Shown here piece by piece: positions 43,935 to 56,274 of a stretch of DNA of 64,000 bases. How positions within the stretch are numbered: the stretch's first letter is position 1; each line of letters opens with the position of its first letter. This stretch comes from Octopus vulgaris. Taxonomy: Eukaryota. The position numbers and the translations under genes are program-made. Below the pieces are notes generated by a model. That model had not been told where the DNA came from. It searched no databases and worked only from the letters and a program-made list of their open reading frames with translations. The stretch spans positions 18,414,001-18,478,000 of the forward strand of contig OX597825.1 in assembly GCA_951406725.2 (NCBI GenBank), in the 5' to 3' direction.

Positions 43935-44995
43935 TTTCAAATTTTGACTCAATACCAGCAATTGTGAAAGAGGGTACAAGTCGTTTGCATTGATCCCAGG
44001 GCACAACTGGTATTTATTTTACCGACCTCGAAAGGATGAAAGATAAAGTTGACTACGGTAGTGTTTGAATTCAGAGTGGCAAATCGGAAGAAATGCTGTT
44101 GAGCGATTTTTCCACAGCGATAAGGATTCTCCCAAATCGCCGCCAGTTTTTATATTTAATATTAATTTCAAACTTTGGCACAAGGCCAGCAATTGCGAAG
44201 AAGCCGCAACTCGATTTTATGGACGCCAGTGCTCAACTGATAATTATCGACTCCGAAAATATGAAGAGCAAAGTAGGACTTGATGGACGTAAATACGGAC
44301 GAAATGCAGTTAAGCTTTTTGTACAGCGTGCTAATGATTCTGCCAGCACGCCGCCTTTTTTTTATATATTTAATATTGGCTTCAAATTTTGGCACAAGGC
44401 CAGGAATTGCGAGGAAGCAGCAACTCGATTTTATGGACCCCCGTGTTTAACTGGCACTCATCGACCCCAAGAGGACGGAGAGCAAAGTAGACCTCGATGG
44501 ACGTAAAAACGGACGAAATGCCGTTAAGCCTTTTGCCCGGCGTGCTAACGATTCTGCCAGCACGCTGCCCTTTTTGTATATTTAATGTTGGCTTCAAATT
44601 TTTGCACATGGCCAGCAATTGCGAGGAAACCGCGACTCAGTTTTACGGACCCCAGTGCTTAACTGGCACTCAATGACCCCAAGAGGACGGAGAGCAAAGT
44701 CGACTTCGATGGACGTAAAGTCGGACGAAATGCCGTTAAGCATTTTGCCCGGCATGATAACGATTCTGCCCGTACGCCGCCTTTTTGAATATTTGATACT
44801 GACTTCAAATTTTGACGCAAAGCCAACAATTGCGAGAAAGCTGCAACTCGATTTTATCGACCTCAGTCCTCAACTTGTCGACCCCGAAAAGACGAACAAT
44901 AAAGTAGACGATGATGAACGTAAAGACGGACGAAATAACATTAAACATTTCATCCGGTGTGCCAACCATTCTGCCAGCTCACCGCCTTTTTTTAA
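43935..44995 (-). repeat. Tandem array of five SINE-derived units (~212 bp period)
   Basis: TTCAAA(C/T)TTT...GCAATTG(C/T)G starts recur at ~43936, 44167, 44381, 44593 and 44803. Confidence 0.9.
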
Positions 44996-46173
44996 TATTC
45001 ATTATCAATCTCAGTCTTATGGTTTCATAATCAACCACTCTATTTTTTACCATTCTATATGTTTCCACCTCAAATTAAATATGTATGTAGTTATTCTAGT
45101 TTTAATGTCGTTATGTCAGAGTCTAAAAAGTATATCACTTGAGGTGTTTTGCATAAATTTGTCTTTTTATTTTGGCGTACTTTTGTTGACATTTCTACTT
45201 TTATGGCTATTTATAATTAGCTTTGCCTGAATGTACAACTCTTCTCTTTACTTTTGTCTTTTTGCTGGTTGTTTAGTTGTCTCTGTAAATGTAAATCTTA
45301 TTTTATGACATAATTATTTATTGTACCGAGGCTGTCTTTTTCCATTTTCTGTATTTTAGCAGTCTAATTATTTGTTTTTCCTTTTACATTGCATTTGCCT
45401 TGATATTCGGCTGCATTCGATACGCATGTCACTACTATCAAAGAGCTTACTTTGCGGTCGTAGCATATTTGGTTATAGATCAATACCATGCGTTTTATCA
45501 TCTCCTCACTTAAGAATGTAGGTGCTACTGACTTCAGTAACTGCCTGATTTACAAATAACGGTTATTTACAAATATAGATCTCTCGCAAAACCCCATTTA
45601 TTACTATTTTCTAGACAACATTCCGGCTTGCGAGAAAGTTATAGTTGTTAGGGATTTGTACATTATTGGCAAAAATATGATCAATCTGTAGCGTTTGGAG
45701 GCTTTTTTTTTTATTGTATTTATAAAAAAACATGTTCAGCGTTGATTCACATATTTTTAGATTTCCACTGAATCGTTCTGCGAAATTTTTGTATAGTAGA
45801 TTAGCATTTCCCCAACAAATCTGTGAATCTTCTCGGTGCTTCCCATCAACCCGACTTCATTATGCTGGGTCATGTTTTCGCTATCATTGTACTAATTGTC
45901 AGATAAATTCGTTACTTCGTTCCTCTTCCCGATTATTTATAGTAATCCATTTCAATAATATTTGAAGAAACACAAAAAATATTTTATCATAATGTATTAT
46001 GATTGTCTTTTTTTTTTGTGCGCAGCTTTATTATTCCCCTACAATATCTGTTTATAGTTTTCGAACTATGAACAAAATTTACCAGACATATGACGAAAGG
46101 GTGCCAAGACGAAAAAAAACCCCAAAAAGGAACGAATTTATCTTACAATTTGCATGTCTATAATTCTACATAA

Positions 46174-46404
46174 GGCGGTGAGCTGGCAGAAACGTTAGCA
46201 CGCCGGGCGAAATGCGTAGCCGTATTTCGTCTGCCGCTACGTTCTGAGTTCAAATTCCGCCGAGGTCGACTTTGCCTTTCATCCTTTCGGGGTCGATAAA
46301 TTAAGTACCATTTACGCACTGGTGTTGATATAATCGACTTAACCCGTTTGTCTGTCCTTGTCTGTCCTCTCTGTGTTTAGCCCCTTGTGGGTAGTAAAGA
46401 AATA
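46174..46404 (+). mobile_element. Full-length young tRNA-derived SINE (commonest family here)
   Basis: Head GGCGGTGAGCTGGCAGAAACGTTAGC, B box GAGTTCAAATTCC, core GCCTTTCATCCTTTCGGGGTCGATAAA. 17-bp TSD TATAATTCTACATAAGG at 46159-46175 and 46405-46421. Confidence 0.95.
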
Positions 46405-48019
46405 TATAATTCTACATAAGGTGATTCCATATTCCCTCCACACATAACTCGGTACTTTTATTGTTAGTGTATCTTCTATCTTGATATTTAATTTTGATGG
46501 AGCACTTTCACATTTTCTCCCCGATAATTTGATTTGTTGTAAGAAAAGCTCACGTTCAAATTTTCCAATCCAGTGTATCCAGCAAGCCTTTTCTACAATC
46601 ATTTGTTTTCATTTTGCTTCTCTTCTTTACAATTTTTTCTTTTTTCATCATTCACCTTCGTCGTATCAGAGCCACCCAATGTACATCCGGAGTATAGGAT
46701 GTCATTCCTTTCTCTATTTTACTTTTGTTGATATTACACTGAATATTTTCTTTCCAACATTTAATGGCGAGATAGATTGGGAAGGGGGGAACGACTTAAT
46801 CTATTTGGGGAGAAACTGTTTTCACTCAATACAGTCATGGCTACTGTTTGCTCCTGTGAAAACTATTTATTGCAAAGCCTGCTTCTATTTGGTTTATCAT
46901 TTCCCGAATACGTTTATTTATCTTAGCTTTCGAAGGTGGTTCCTTTCTTCGAAGGTGTTTGTTTTCGTTGTGATCGGTTCTATTTTCTATGTATTGTTCT
47001 TCTGTGGCTTTCTCTCTCTCCCTTGTTATTACAGATAGTTATTTTGTTGCATGGTACGTTAATTTCTTTCTTTCTTTCTTTCTTTCTTTCCTATTTTTAA
47101 CGGTTGCTAGATTCAAGAATTTTCTTTTCTGGTAGATGCGTATTCGCATTCTTGCTTCTGTGAGTTATTGCACATTCTCCATTTTTTTTTTTTTGTTGTT
47201 CTCCTTTTTATTTTCATTATCTGCTTTTCTGGGTGGTACATCGATACGATATCTTTGCGTGAGATGTGCCAAAAATTGTACTATTTGAATAGTACCCTTG
47301 ATTTGAAAGTGCCTTGCAGAGTACGTGGCATCTGCCTAGCTGGGCTATTGTGTTGCATTGTGAAAGTTTTATAATTCCCCGATATATATATATATATATA
47401 TTTTATTTGTTCATAACACATTTTAATGTAATATCAGCAGTCCTTCTGCGGGTTATTTTCACTGAAAAGCTGAACTTATATCACTGTGCTTGGGGAAAGG
47501 GCAGTGTTCTCATGTATGCTAAATATGTTGTCTAACTTGGCTATTCTTTTCTCTTCCAAATGCTCAACCTAATATGTATACATTGCTTAATGGTGCAGTT
47601 TTCTGAATGCCGTTCGTACGTTTACGTTCTCGATTGTCGATGATGCATCTTAATGCATTATATTTAATCAGATCAAATTATTAAGCAAAATAGTTAAAAC
47701 AAAATTAACAAGGGTGGCGAATACATTTGCTCCATTTCTTTTGGATTTGATTTCAAAATCTGCTGAAGTTAAATCTGCCTTTCATCTTTTCAAGGGTCAA
47801 TAAAAAGTACTGATCCAAGCCGGTGGTGTGGCGGAAATGGATTGCCTTACATTATCAGTTCAAACTCTCAGTGTTCTAACGGCAAAGTCTCTTACCGCAA
47901 TGTCTCGGCGGCCTTTTCCTTGGATAAACATCATTGGCATAGAGAAGGGATATTGCATGCGTTGTCATGTTAGTATTCTTCATCCTGGCCGAATTTACAT
48001 TGTCCTGAGAGGAAAGACC

Positions 48020-48249
48020 CCGTATTTATTACACAGAAGTGGGAGTATCACCGTTCTGCTGCCAGTTGCTGTAGAGCGCTTTGAGGAGATTAGAGAACAA
48101 GTCTGGCAAATCTACTTAAAGTTCATAGGGCAGACCATCTAAACCTGGTGGCTGATGCCTCTTGCAATCGACAAGGGCATCTTGAATTTCGGTTGAATTT
48201 ATTTGCCTTTCACAGCGCTCAACGCCGGCCGCCGAGAGACGCACCTAAC
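48020..48249 (-). pseudogene. Tx1-like RT relic
   Basis: Encodes PGLDGLPYEL...YSNWQQNG as in ORF2 at 57630-57730. Near duplicate of 51640-51838. Confidence 0.8.
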
Positions 48250-48620
48250 GAAATATAAGGACTTAGTCGACGAGACTATTATCAAGTGATTGTACGGGGC
48301 CTCCCTAATCCGTACTAACATCAACTGTACCAACTTTCCAGCAAGGTCGGCTCGCTGTAACCTGGAATGGAACCCAAGCGACTGAAGAATGTCCTCAAGG
48401 AGATAAACTCAGCTGCTGAAACCAACTGAAATTGCCTATGGCTAATAAGAAACTGCAAGTGGGATCCTTAGGCAAGCGAAGACTAACTCCTCACCCCCCC
48501 CCCACTTGTATGTCCAGTCGAAGCGTACCGGCAAATGGCAAAACGCTTGTGACTCTCTGATACTTACTGGTGATACGGGAGGATCTACAACACTGCCATA
48601 GATTCAGAACAGCTAGCAAA
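48250..48620 (+). pseudogene. HERO-like RLE retrotransposon 3' fragment
   Basis: KYKDLVDE ... LGMEPKRLKNVLKEINSAAET ... LWLIRNCKWDP* resembles the HERO-clade C-terminus; frameshifted. Confidence 0.55.
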
Positions 48621-48994
48621 ACCTTTGAGCAGCTCCTGTGTATTGTACATGCGGCAAAATATATCCAACGTTTATTTCACCTTCATAAAAATCTTACCCA
48701 TGACTTCCTCTACTTCTACACATAAAGAGGGTCTACTGTGACTGATAGAGGCTCTAAGTGTTTATTCATCCAAATGCTTCTGCTATTATGGGAAATGTTT
48801 GTTTTAAATCCCCACCTTGTGGGGATTTCTTCTTTCCCAATCATTATATTGGGATAGTTATTTCTTTTAGATATATAATATTGTCTGTTGTGATTGATAT
48901 ATCGATTAAGGAATATTTCTTTTTCCTGATCGTCTTCGACAATAATGTCTGATCGATTTGCTTAATCTCCCTGTCCGTATAAATTATTGTCATT

Positions 48995-49420
48995 TTCACA
49001 TAATCATCACTATCATCAACACTACCGTTACCACCACTATCACACCACCACCACCATCACCACCACCACCACCACCATCAGCTGCAGCACTACTACCACC
49101 GCCACCGCCCTCACAACCACCAACATCACTACAACCACCAGCACTACCACCATCATCATCATCATCATCATCACCACCACCGGCGCCGCCGACGCCACCT
49201 CCACTGCCACCACCACCATCACCACCATCTGCTGCAGCACTACTGCCGTTGCCGCCGCCACTACCTTCACCAACATCACTACAACCACCACCATCACCCA
49301 CACTACCATCACCATCATGATCATCATCACCACCAACACCACCATCTGCTGCAGCACTACTGCCGTTGCCGCCGCTACCAACAACACCACCACAACCACC
49401 ACCACCACAACCACAATCGT
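48995..49420. repeat. (CAC/CAT)n tract with three copies of CCATC(A/T)GCTGCAGCACTACT
   Basis: Seen directly at ~49075, 49225 and 49342. Confidence 0.9.
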
Positions 49421-49864
49421 CCTCTTCATTCTTCTATATTTAATGAATTGTTATTTATTTCTGCAGCACCAAATCTCCACCAGGTACAAACGACAGGAAG
49501 ATGCTGCGTGCGGAAAAGAAGAACAAATATATTATATCTCGTGAAAGCGACACAGAACAAATACATTTCGTACATTTCATTCCCGAACTACGAAATGCTT
49601 TATCGTCTCTATAGACGTATGGTGCCGGATATCCTATATCCCTTTATCTCATCTACCCTAATATTCTAGTAATAATCCCATCACAATCACCCATATATAT
49701 CTTTAAATGCATATGCTGTAATTTTTATCATTGTTTATCAGCGGACCTTCATAGCAGTTAGCTAGTTAATCAGAAGAGATTCATATGTCGTTAACGAGTC
49801 ATATGTCTTCCGCCACCATCACCATCATTATACTCTTCTTGCCTATGTTTTCGCTTTGTAGTTG

Positions 49865-50190
49865 GTGAAGGCGCGTGGCTAAGAGGTTAGGGCATTCGGC
49901 TAACGATTGTAAGGACGTGAGTTCAATTCCCGGCGACGCGTTGTGTCCTTGAGCAAGACACTTTATTTCACGTTGCGCCAGTCCACTCAGCTGGTAAAAA
50001 TGAGTAGTACCTGTATTTCAAAAGGCCAGCCTTGTCACACTCTGTGTCACGATGAATCTCCCTGAGAACTACGTTAAGGGTACACGTGTCTGTAGAGTGA
50101 TCAGCTACTTGCACGGTAATTTCACGAGTAAGCTGTTCCGTTGATCGTATCAGCTGGGACCATCGTCGTCATAACCGACAGAGTGCTCCT
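49865..50190 (+). mobile_element. tRNA-derived SINE, chimeric tail
   Basis: tRNA-like head, GTGTCCTTGAGCAAGACACTT core, and tail shared with 2718-2905. Confidence 0.8.
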
Positions 50191-51404
50191 TTAAGTAGTA
50201 ATATAGCCGAATAGTTAAGAGTTTTCTCTTGCTGTCATTAGGTCTCGGTTTCGGTTCCACTCTCCGTTATCATGGACAAGCATTATTTTCTAAAGCCGGG
50301 GGTTTACTCAAACGTTGTGAGTAAAAATTAAGGTGGACGGAAACTTTGCAAATGTCATTCGAAGGATCAAACCTGTAATTCAAGGGTAACCTTGTCATGC
50401 ATTACCGTGGCCATTGCGCCTGAGTATTCCTTTAAAGGTACACGTGTGTATGGAATATTCAGCCATTTACACACTAATTCAATGAATTTGCTGGTTTAAT
50501 TAATGAAGCATCTGAAAATTCGTGGTCAGAATTTCTAGTCAGTTCCATTTATTTTCAACCTTTTTTAAAAAAATCTTTCTGTCCTTACATTTTGCAGCAA
50601 AATCACTCCCAACTCCAATTTACAATTCCTTTCCATCGTCGCAAAAAGATAAGAGGACAACTGTTTGTAGTTTGTCTGGCATGTGCTCTGCTGGAATTAG
50701 AGACAACTAGGTTTCTTGGCCGTCGGCAGCTACTGGTATTAATGGCAATATATTTCATGTGATTTTCTTCGTTTCTCTTGTAGCTATACACTGTTCTGCA
50801 ACAAATTTATTCTAAAAAATGGGAGCAGCCATGATATTCATCTTTGTTATCTGCCGTTGTTGATATCGCAGTTTTTGCGACAGCAGTTTTGTTTTCCATC
50901 TGCTATATAGAAAACCCCTTAAGTATCCTTTACTATCAGTCCTGTAGCAACTGCTCCTTCTCTTCTGTACCCTCCGAACTGCTATAATGACTGTATTCAC
51001 TCTGTCGCATCGATCATACTTACGTCCAAGACATCTTTGTCATCATCAATGTTCGTAAGGGCCGGGTGGGAAATGCAACACCATTCCATAGCATATTGTT
51101 GCCCGTTAACCCCACCTTTGCCATATGTCCTCACTACTGCACAAAAGTGACGACAAGACAACGCTGCGACATTGGTGCAAATATCTTGTAATCCAAAAAT
51201 TAATGTATCACTCACCCTATGGTCAAAAACATGTCTCACAAGATATGCATATATATTCATACCAATATTTGAAACACATATCGTGTCTCAAACCGGCAAG
51301 TGCTTCCTAAAACTACTCTTTCGAGGGAATATAGAACTGGATGTTTATACTGAAGCCCCATCCCACACACACACGCACACATACCACACACGAAATATAC
51401 TATA

Positions 51405-52405
51405 ATGAATAGCACGAGGTGGAGGTTATCGTGTATGGATCTAGTCGGGATTACGCAGTTTTGCGCCTCCCCGACCAAGTCCTCGACGACAAGCGCCAAC
51501 CACTTTGCTAATACGTTGGCCAAAATCTTACACTATGTGTTAAGCTGAGTTATAGGCCTGAAATGATCTACTGTCCCTCTTGATTTAATCTTTTCTTATC
51601 AGAGTCACAACGCCACGGCACACAGAACTGGGAATATACCCGTTCTGCTGCCAGTTGCTGTAGAACGCTTCGAGGAGATTAGAGAACAAGTCTAGCATAT
51701 TCACTTAAAGTTCATAGGGCAAACCATCTAAACCTAGTGGCTAATGCCTCTTGCAATCGACAAGGGCATCCTGAATTTCGGCTGAATTTATTTACCTATC
51801 ACAGCGCTCAACGCCAGCCGTCAAGAGACGCAGCTAACTGTCGAAGTAGGAGCTGAAGTCCGCCACCATCTCCGCCTCACCACTCTCTCCGAACCAGCAA
51901 GCAAAGTGCTGGCGAATGGCCTCATACATCGGCCTGGAATCGCTCAGCTGGTGTCCGTCTCGGTCCCTCAAAGTCCGAATTTTGGTCTTGTTCCCACGCG
52001 TCGTCTCCGCCACGCGGGCCCATCGAAAAGCTTTGATCTCCTCATTTCTTAGAGCACGCGCCTTAGCTCTGAGAATGCAACCTTAATGTTTCGCGTTGAA
52101 GAACTGGTCTAATGCCATTCTCGCTGCTAGCACGTCGGTTGCAATTCCACTACAAATAGCCCCACCTAGTTTATCTACTAACCCCTCCGCTTTTCTATTT
52201 CTTCTAACACTATTTCTTTGATGAACCCTATCAACATTCATCTCTCTTTTGAGGGCCGAGCACTACCTGTTGTTGACGACACCCCCTGTCAACTTCTACT
52301 TAACTAAATTGCTGACCCAGTCCCTGTAGGTCTTATGTGCCAGAAAATACATGTTCAGCTTCCAGTAACGGAGTCCTAACCTACGCGTCTTATCTAGGTC
52401 GATAC
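51405..52405 (-). pseudogene. Degraded Tx1-like ORF2 relic related to the 54929-59961 element
   Basis: ILANVLAKWLALVVEDLVGEAQNCVIPTRSIHDNLHL versus ILAKVLAKRLALVVDKLVGKTQTCAVPTRSIHDNLHL. Also YWKLN and TDVLAAR blocks. Confidence 0.9.
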
Positions 52406-53489
52406 CCTACACTGTTATTATCTAATTTTAGAATCGCTAAAGTACATTTTAGAAGTAACACTTAGATATTAGCAAAAGAAAAGTATTCAGAGAGACATGT
52501 TTAACATTTGAGATCTTAAAATCCTAATTTTTCTTCTAACCTACAACTAATATTATTAGAAAACTATTTCGTGGTATCATAGAAGCTTGAGTAAAGGAAA
52601 TGTAAAGAGGTGTGTCTATAGTATTGTGTTGTATGGGCTTAAATAGTTTAACTGTTTTGCAGAGATATAATTTTAGTAGCAAGCTGAATAGTATATAATT
52701 ATTTTGTAACAGTTTTCAGAATATTTTTTATAGGAAGAGCACTGACTATTATCAAACATTGAATTAAAATTAAATGAGAATATTATATAGAATAAAAATA
52801 AATTTAATATTCAGTTATATGGTTTTGGAATAATTTTGCTTAATGCCGACACAGCAGAACCATTAGATCGAATTCGAGAAATAATTATAACACCATGTAT
52901 AAATTATTGGTAATAGTCATATCAATTACTGAAAACAATAATGAAATATTAGTAATAAAAACACTAAGAAAATAATAACGATTAAACCAATAAAATACTT
53001 AAAATATTGAAATCCTATATGGAAATCGTATATTCTCGTCATATCCATTGTTTGAAGTATGCTGAAATGAACCCCTTATCTATCAACCAATTCTAAGAAC
53101 TAGTGAGATTTTCAACATTAGTAATTACTAAATGAATAAAGTATCATTTTATTAAATATCATTTATGAATATAAGAACAGAGATAACAGCCAGAACACAT
53201 CTTTGATCAATTTCTCCAGTGTAATTCAAATACAGAGAAGAATATTGTAAGTATGATAATAAAATTAAGTTTAATAGAATGATTCTAAAAAGATCTGTGA
53301 TAATGTTTCCAGCGTTCGTATTGTCTAGTTCCTATTTAATAATAATTGAAGCAATGAATAATGTATTTTCAAATATAATTACTATTTGGAAAAAATAATT
53401 GCAGTTGTTGGTTATAACCTATAAAGAATTTCAAAACTAAGTAAATTTCCATGCAAACCTCGGAGAATTCAAGACAATCCAATGTACGT

Positions 53490-53805
53490 GTGGAGGCACA
53501 TGGCGTATTGGTTAGAGCAGCGGACTCGCGGTCGAGGGATCGCGGGTTCGAATCTCAGACCGGGCGATGTGTGTGTTTATGAGCGAAAACACCTAAGCTC
53601 CGCGCGACTCCGGCAGAAGGTAACGACAAACTTCTGCTGACTCTTTCGCCACAACATTTTCGCACTCTTTTCTCCTGCATCTTACAACTCACCTGCGACG
53701 GACCGGCGGCGTCCCGTCCAGGTGGGGAAGCTATACGCCAAGAAACCGGGAAACCGGCCCTCATGAGCCACGCATGGCCCGAGAAGGAACAAACAACAAA
53801 ACAAC
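53490..53805 (+). mobile_element. SINE of the 21025 family
   Basis: Full length; TSD AATCCAATGTACG on both sides. Confidence 0.92.
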
Positions 53806-54296
53806 AAATCCAATGTACGAGACTTTAGAGCTATGTTTTACTTGCCCGTGCTCTCACTTAGATAACGAAATGAAGCAGGACGGTTATACGGACGTTCTCA
53901 ATTCCACAACATATATATTTTTATTGCCCACTGGGGGCTAAACACAGAGGGGACAAACAAGGACGGACAACGGGATTAAGTCGATTATATCGACTCCAGT
54001 GTGTAACTGGTACTTATTTAATATGGATATATATATAGATGACGTATGAGCCTTTCGGGAAGGTCTTGCCGAACAACCACACAGGTAAATTGTTTATAGT
54101 GATCAAATGTTTGTGTTCACATAAGCTCACTCCCTTCATCATATCGACATTACCTGCACAGGTGCACCATCTGCCACATGTCAGGTAACCAACACAGAAG
54201 TTATAGTACAAATAGATTTCTTAAAAACTATTACGACCATTGTTGTTGTTGTTGCTGTGATTCTTGTTGTTGTTGTTGTTATTAGTATTATTATTA

Positions 54297-54328
<32 letters not shown>

Positions 54329-54329
54329 T

Positions 54330-54612
54330 ATGGGTTTTTCTTCTTCTTTCAAATTTGCTTCCATTTCTTGCCGAGTGTCTTCCCGACTCCTAGGGCAAAG
54401 AAACTCATTAAACTAAACTCACTAGTTTGTTAATTTTTTTTTTTTTGATAGAAATAAAGTTAAATTAAAATACATGGGTAGTAATAGTTCTCACATCGAC
54501 AATGCTCTTCTCAATACGTGTGATGTACCAGTTAAGACAATCTTTTGCACTTCTTGCAGGGATGGTAAGCCAGGGATCATTCTCATATAATTTCCGGTTC
54601 CCTTCTTGATCA

Positions 54613-54613
<1 letters not shown>
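54330..54613 (-). mobile_element. R4/Dong-like retrotransposon 3' end, family A
   Basis: MIKKGTGNYMRMIPGLPSLQEVQKIVLTGTSHVLRRALSM* (stop 54491-54493) plus 3' UTR; (TTA)n on both sides. Confidence 0.75.
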
Positions 54614-54678
<65 letters not shown>

Positions 54679-54685
54679 CATTATT

Positions 54686-54871
54686 CAGTAGTTTTACTTT
54701 TATAACGTGCTTTCACTTCACTACCGAGCGCAGCTCTGTGTGCCTTGGGATTGTGCTGTGATTTGTTGTGATGCTCTGATGGTTATTGTATGGAAAGTGT
54801 TCTGCGTAGGATGTGTGCAGTGTCTAGTAGTGCAATTTTCTGTATGTTATATGTGTTTGTAAGTCCTGGTG

Positions 54872-54872
<1 letters not shown>
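54686..54872 (-). mobile_element. R4/Dong-like retrotransposon 3' end, family B
   Basis: TPGLTNTYNIQKIALLDTAHILRRTLSIQ* plus a different 3' UTR; (TTA)n on both sides. Confidence 0.75.
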
Positions 54873-54929
<57 letters not shown>

Positions 54930-55147
54930 CTTCCGACGCCGATGGACGTTCGTGAATCAGCTCTGTGAGTTTTGTGCCAATTTTATTGGAAGTTTTTTAA
55001 TAGGCTTGAATATTTTTTAATATTTTTGTAGCCAAACCGACCGGCTTCTTGCGGAGCTCGTCGGTTGGGCGAAAATTTTGCCCCTTCGGGGCGAGATTGC
55101 TGTTTTTTATTTTGAAATTGACATTTTTGCACACACATATTTACAAA

Positions 55148-56182
55148 ATGGCTTTGAAACGAGCTGCTGGCTCTTCCCTCCTTCTTGCAACACCCCCTCC
55201 ACAAGAACAAAAAAAAATAACGTCACGGGTTACGTACAACCCATTTCAAGCCGTAAAAGGCAACAAAGATCCTCCTTCCGAACCGGAGAGCACGCGCTCG
55301 GTTCAAAAGGAGAATGCATGCCAGGACGTCGCGTTCGACGTCACTCTTGATTTCCCCCCTCTGCCTTCAACAAGTGATGCTGTCCCGAAGGGGAGGTAAA
55401 GAAACTTATAACAGACACAAACACAGACAAGAACCAACAAAAAACTCTAAAAGCTTCTAACGATTTTGCTTCTGCTGCGAAGCAAATTTCGGAAGATGTA
55501 GAAATTACAATGGAGGACATAAAAATGGCACAAGATTTGTTGAGAAAGGAGGGGAACAGTGTTTTCCTCAACACACCTCAACAACTCACACAAGAGACAA
55601 ACAAAAGAACAATCTTTTATAAAGTCTTCGAAAAGAAAACTAAAAGATTGTTTAACGCCACACCACAACAGTTGGAGATGGCTCTGAAGCCCATTTGGGG
55701 CCAGAAGAGCTATGTGACAAGAGGGAAGCGATTTGGAACCGTGGAGGTTCGCTTCCCAACAGAGGAGCTTGCAAGGGCGAACGCCATTTCGCCCTTGCAA
55801 AATGAACATTTGTTCCTCGTCCCGACGTACCTCGGGCGTAAGGTACAAAAAATAACTATAAGCACAATACCCCCCGAACAGAAAATCTCATGGCTAGTGG
55901 CGGCTGTCCTCTATGGCATAGAGGACACTGCCACTATTCTGAATGTTCGGAGGGTACGAGAAAAGAACTGGTCAGGCATGGGTATTCAACTGCTGGTACA
56001 GATCCAGCAGGAAAACATCAATGCCATACCTGACTTTGTCATCTTGCTGGATGGGACCAGGCTAAATGTTATTGTAGAGGGGCGAAAGCCAAAATGTTTC
56101 CTCTGCAGTAGCGAAAGCCACCTAAAAAGGGACTGCCCCATTCAAAAAAAGAGAATGGAGGAGTATAGCAAGAGGCAGCAGC

Positions 56183-56213
<31 letters not shown>

Positions 56214-56274
56214 CAAGCAACAACAACAGAAACAACAAAAACAGACATGGCAAATCTTAGAATCGGTTGCTTGA
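55148..56274 (+). CDS. Tx1 ORF1 (RRM-like region, CCHC zinc knuckle, poly-Q), one -1 frameshift between 55351 and 55397
   Basis: ATG at 55148 (MALKRAAG...DFPPLP). The second frame is open from 55351 (...DFASAAK...) through CFLCSSESHLKRDC (CX2CX4HX4C) to TGA at 56274. Confidence 0.85.

Larger units (their letters stand above)
41750..47520 (-). pseudogene. Possible heavily degraded LINE, interrupted by SINEs
   Basis: Long T-rich + strand with faint RT-like remnants on minus (~43650-43900) and no usable ORF. Confidence 0.3.

Noticed and set aside
43935-44995. CRISPR-like periodic array
   Set aside because: The whole unit is homologous between repeats, there are no unique spacers or cas genes, and it derives from a SINE.
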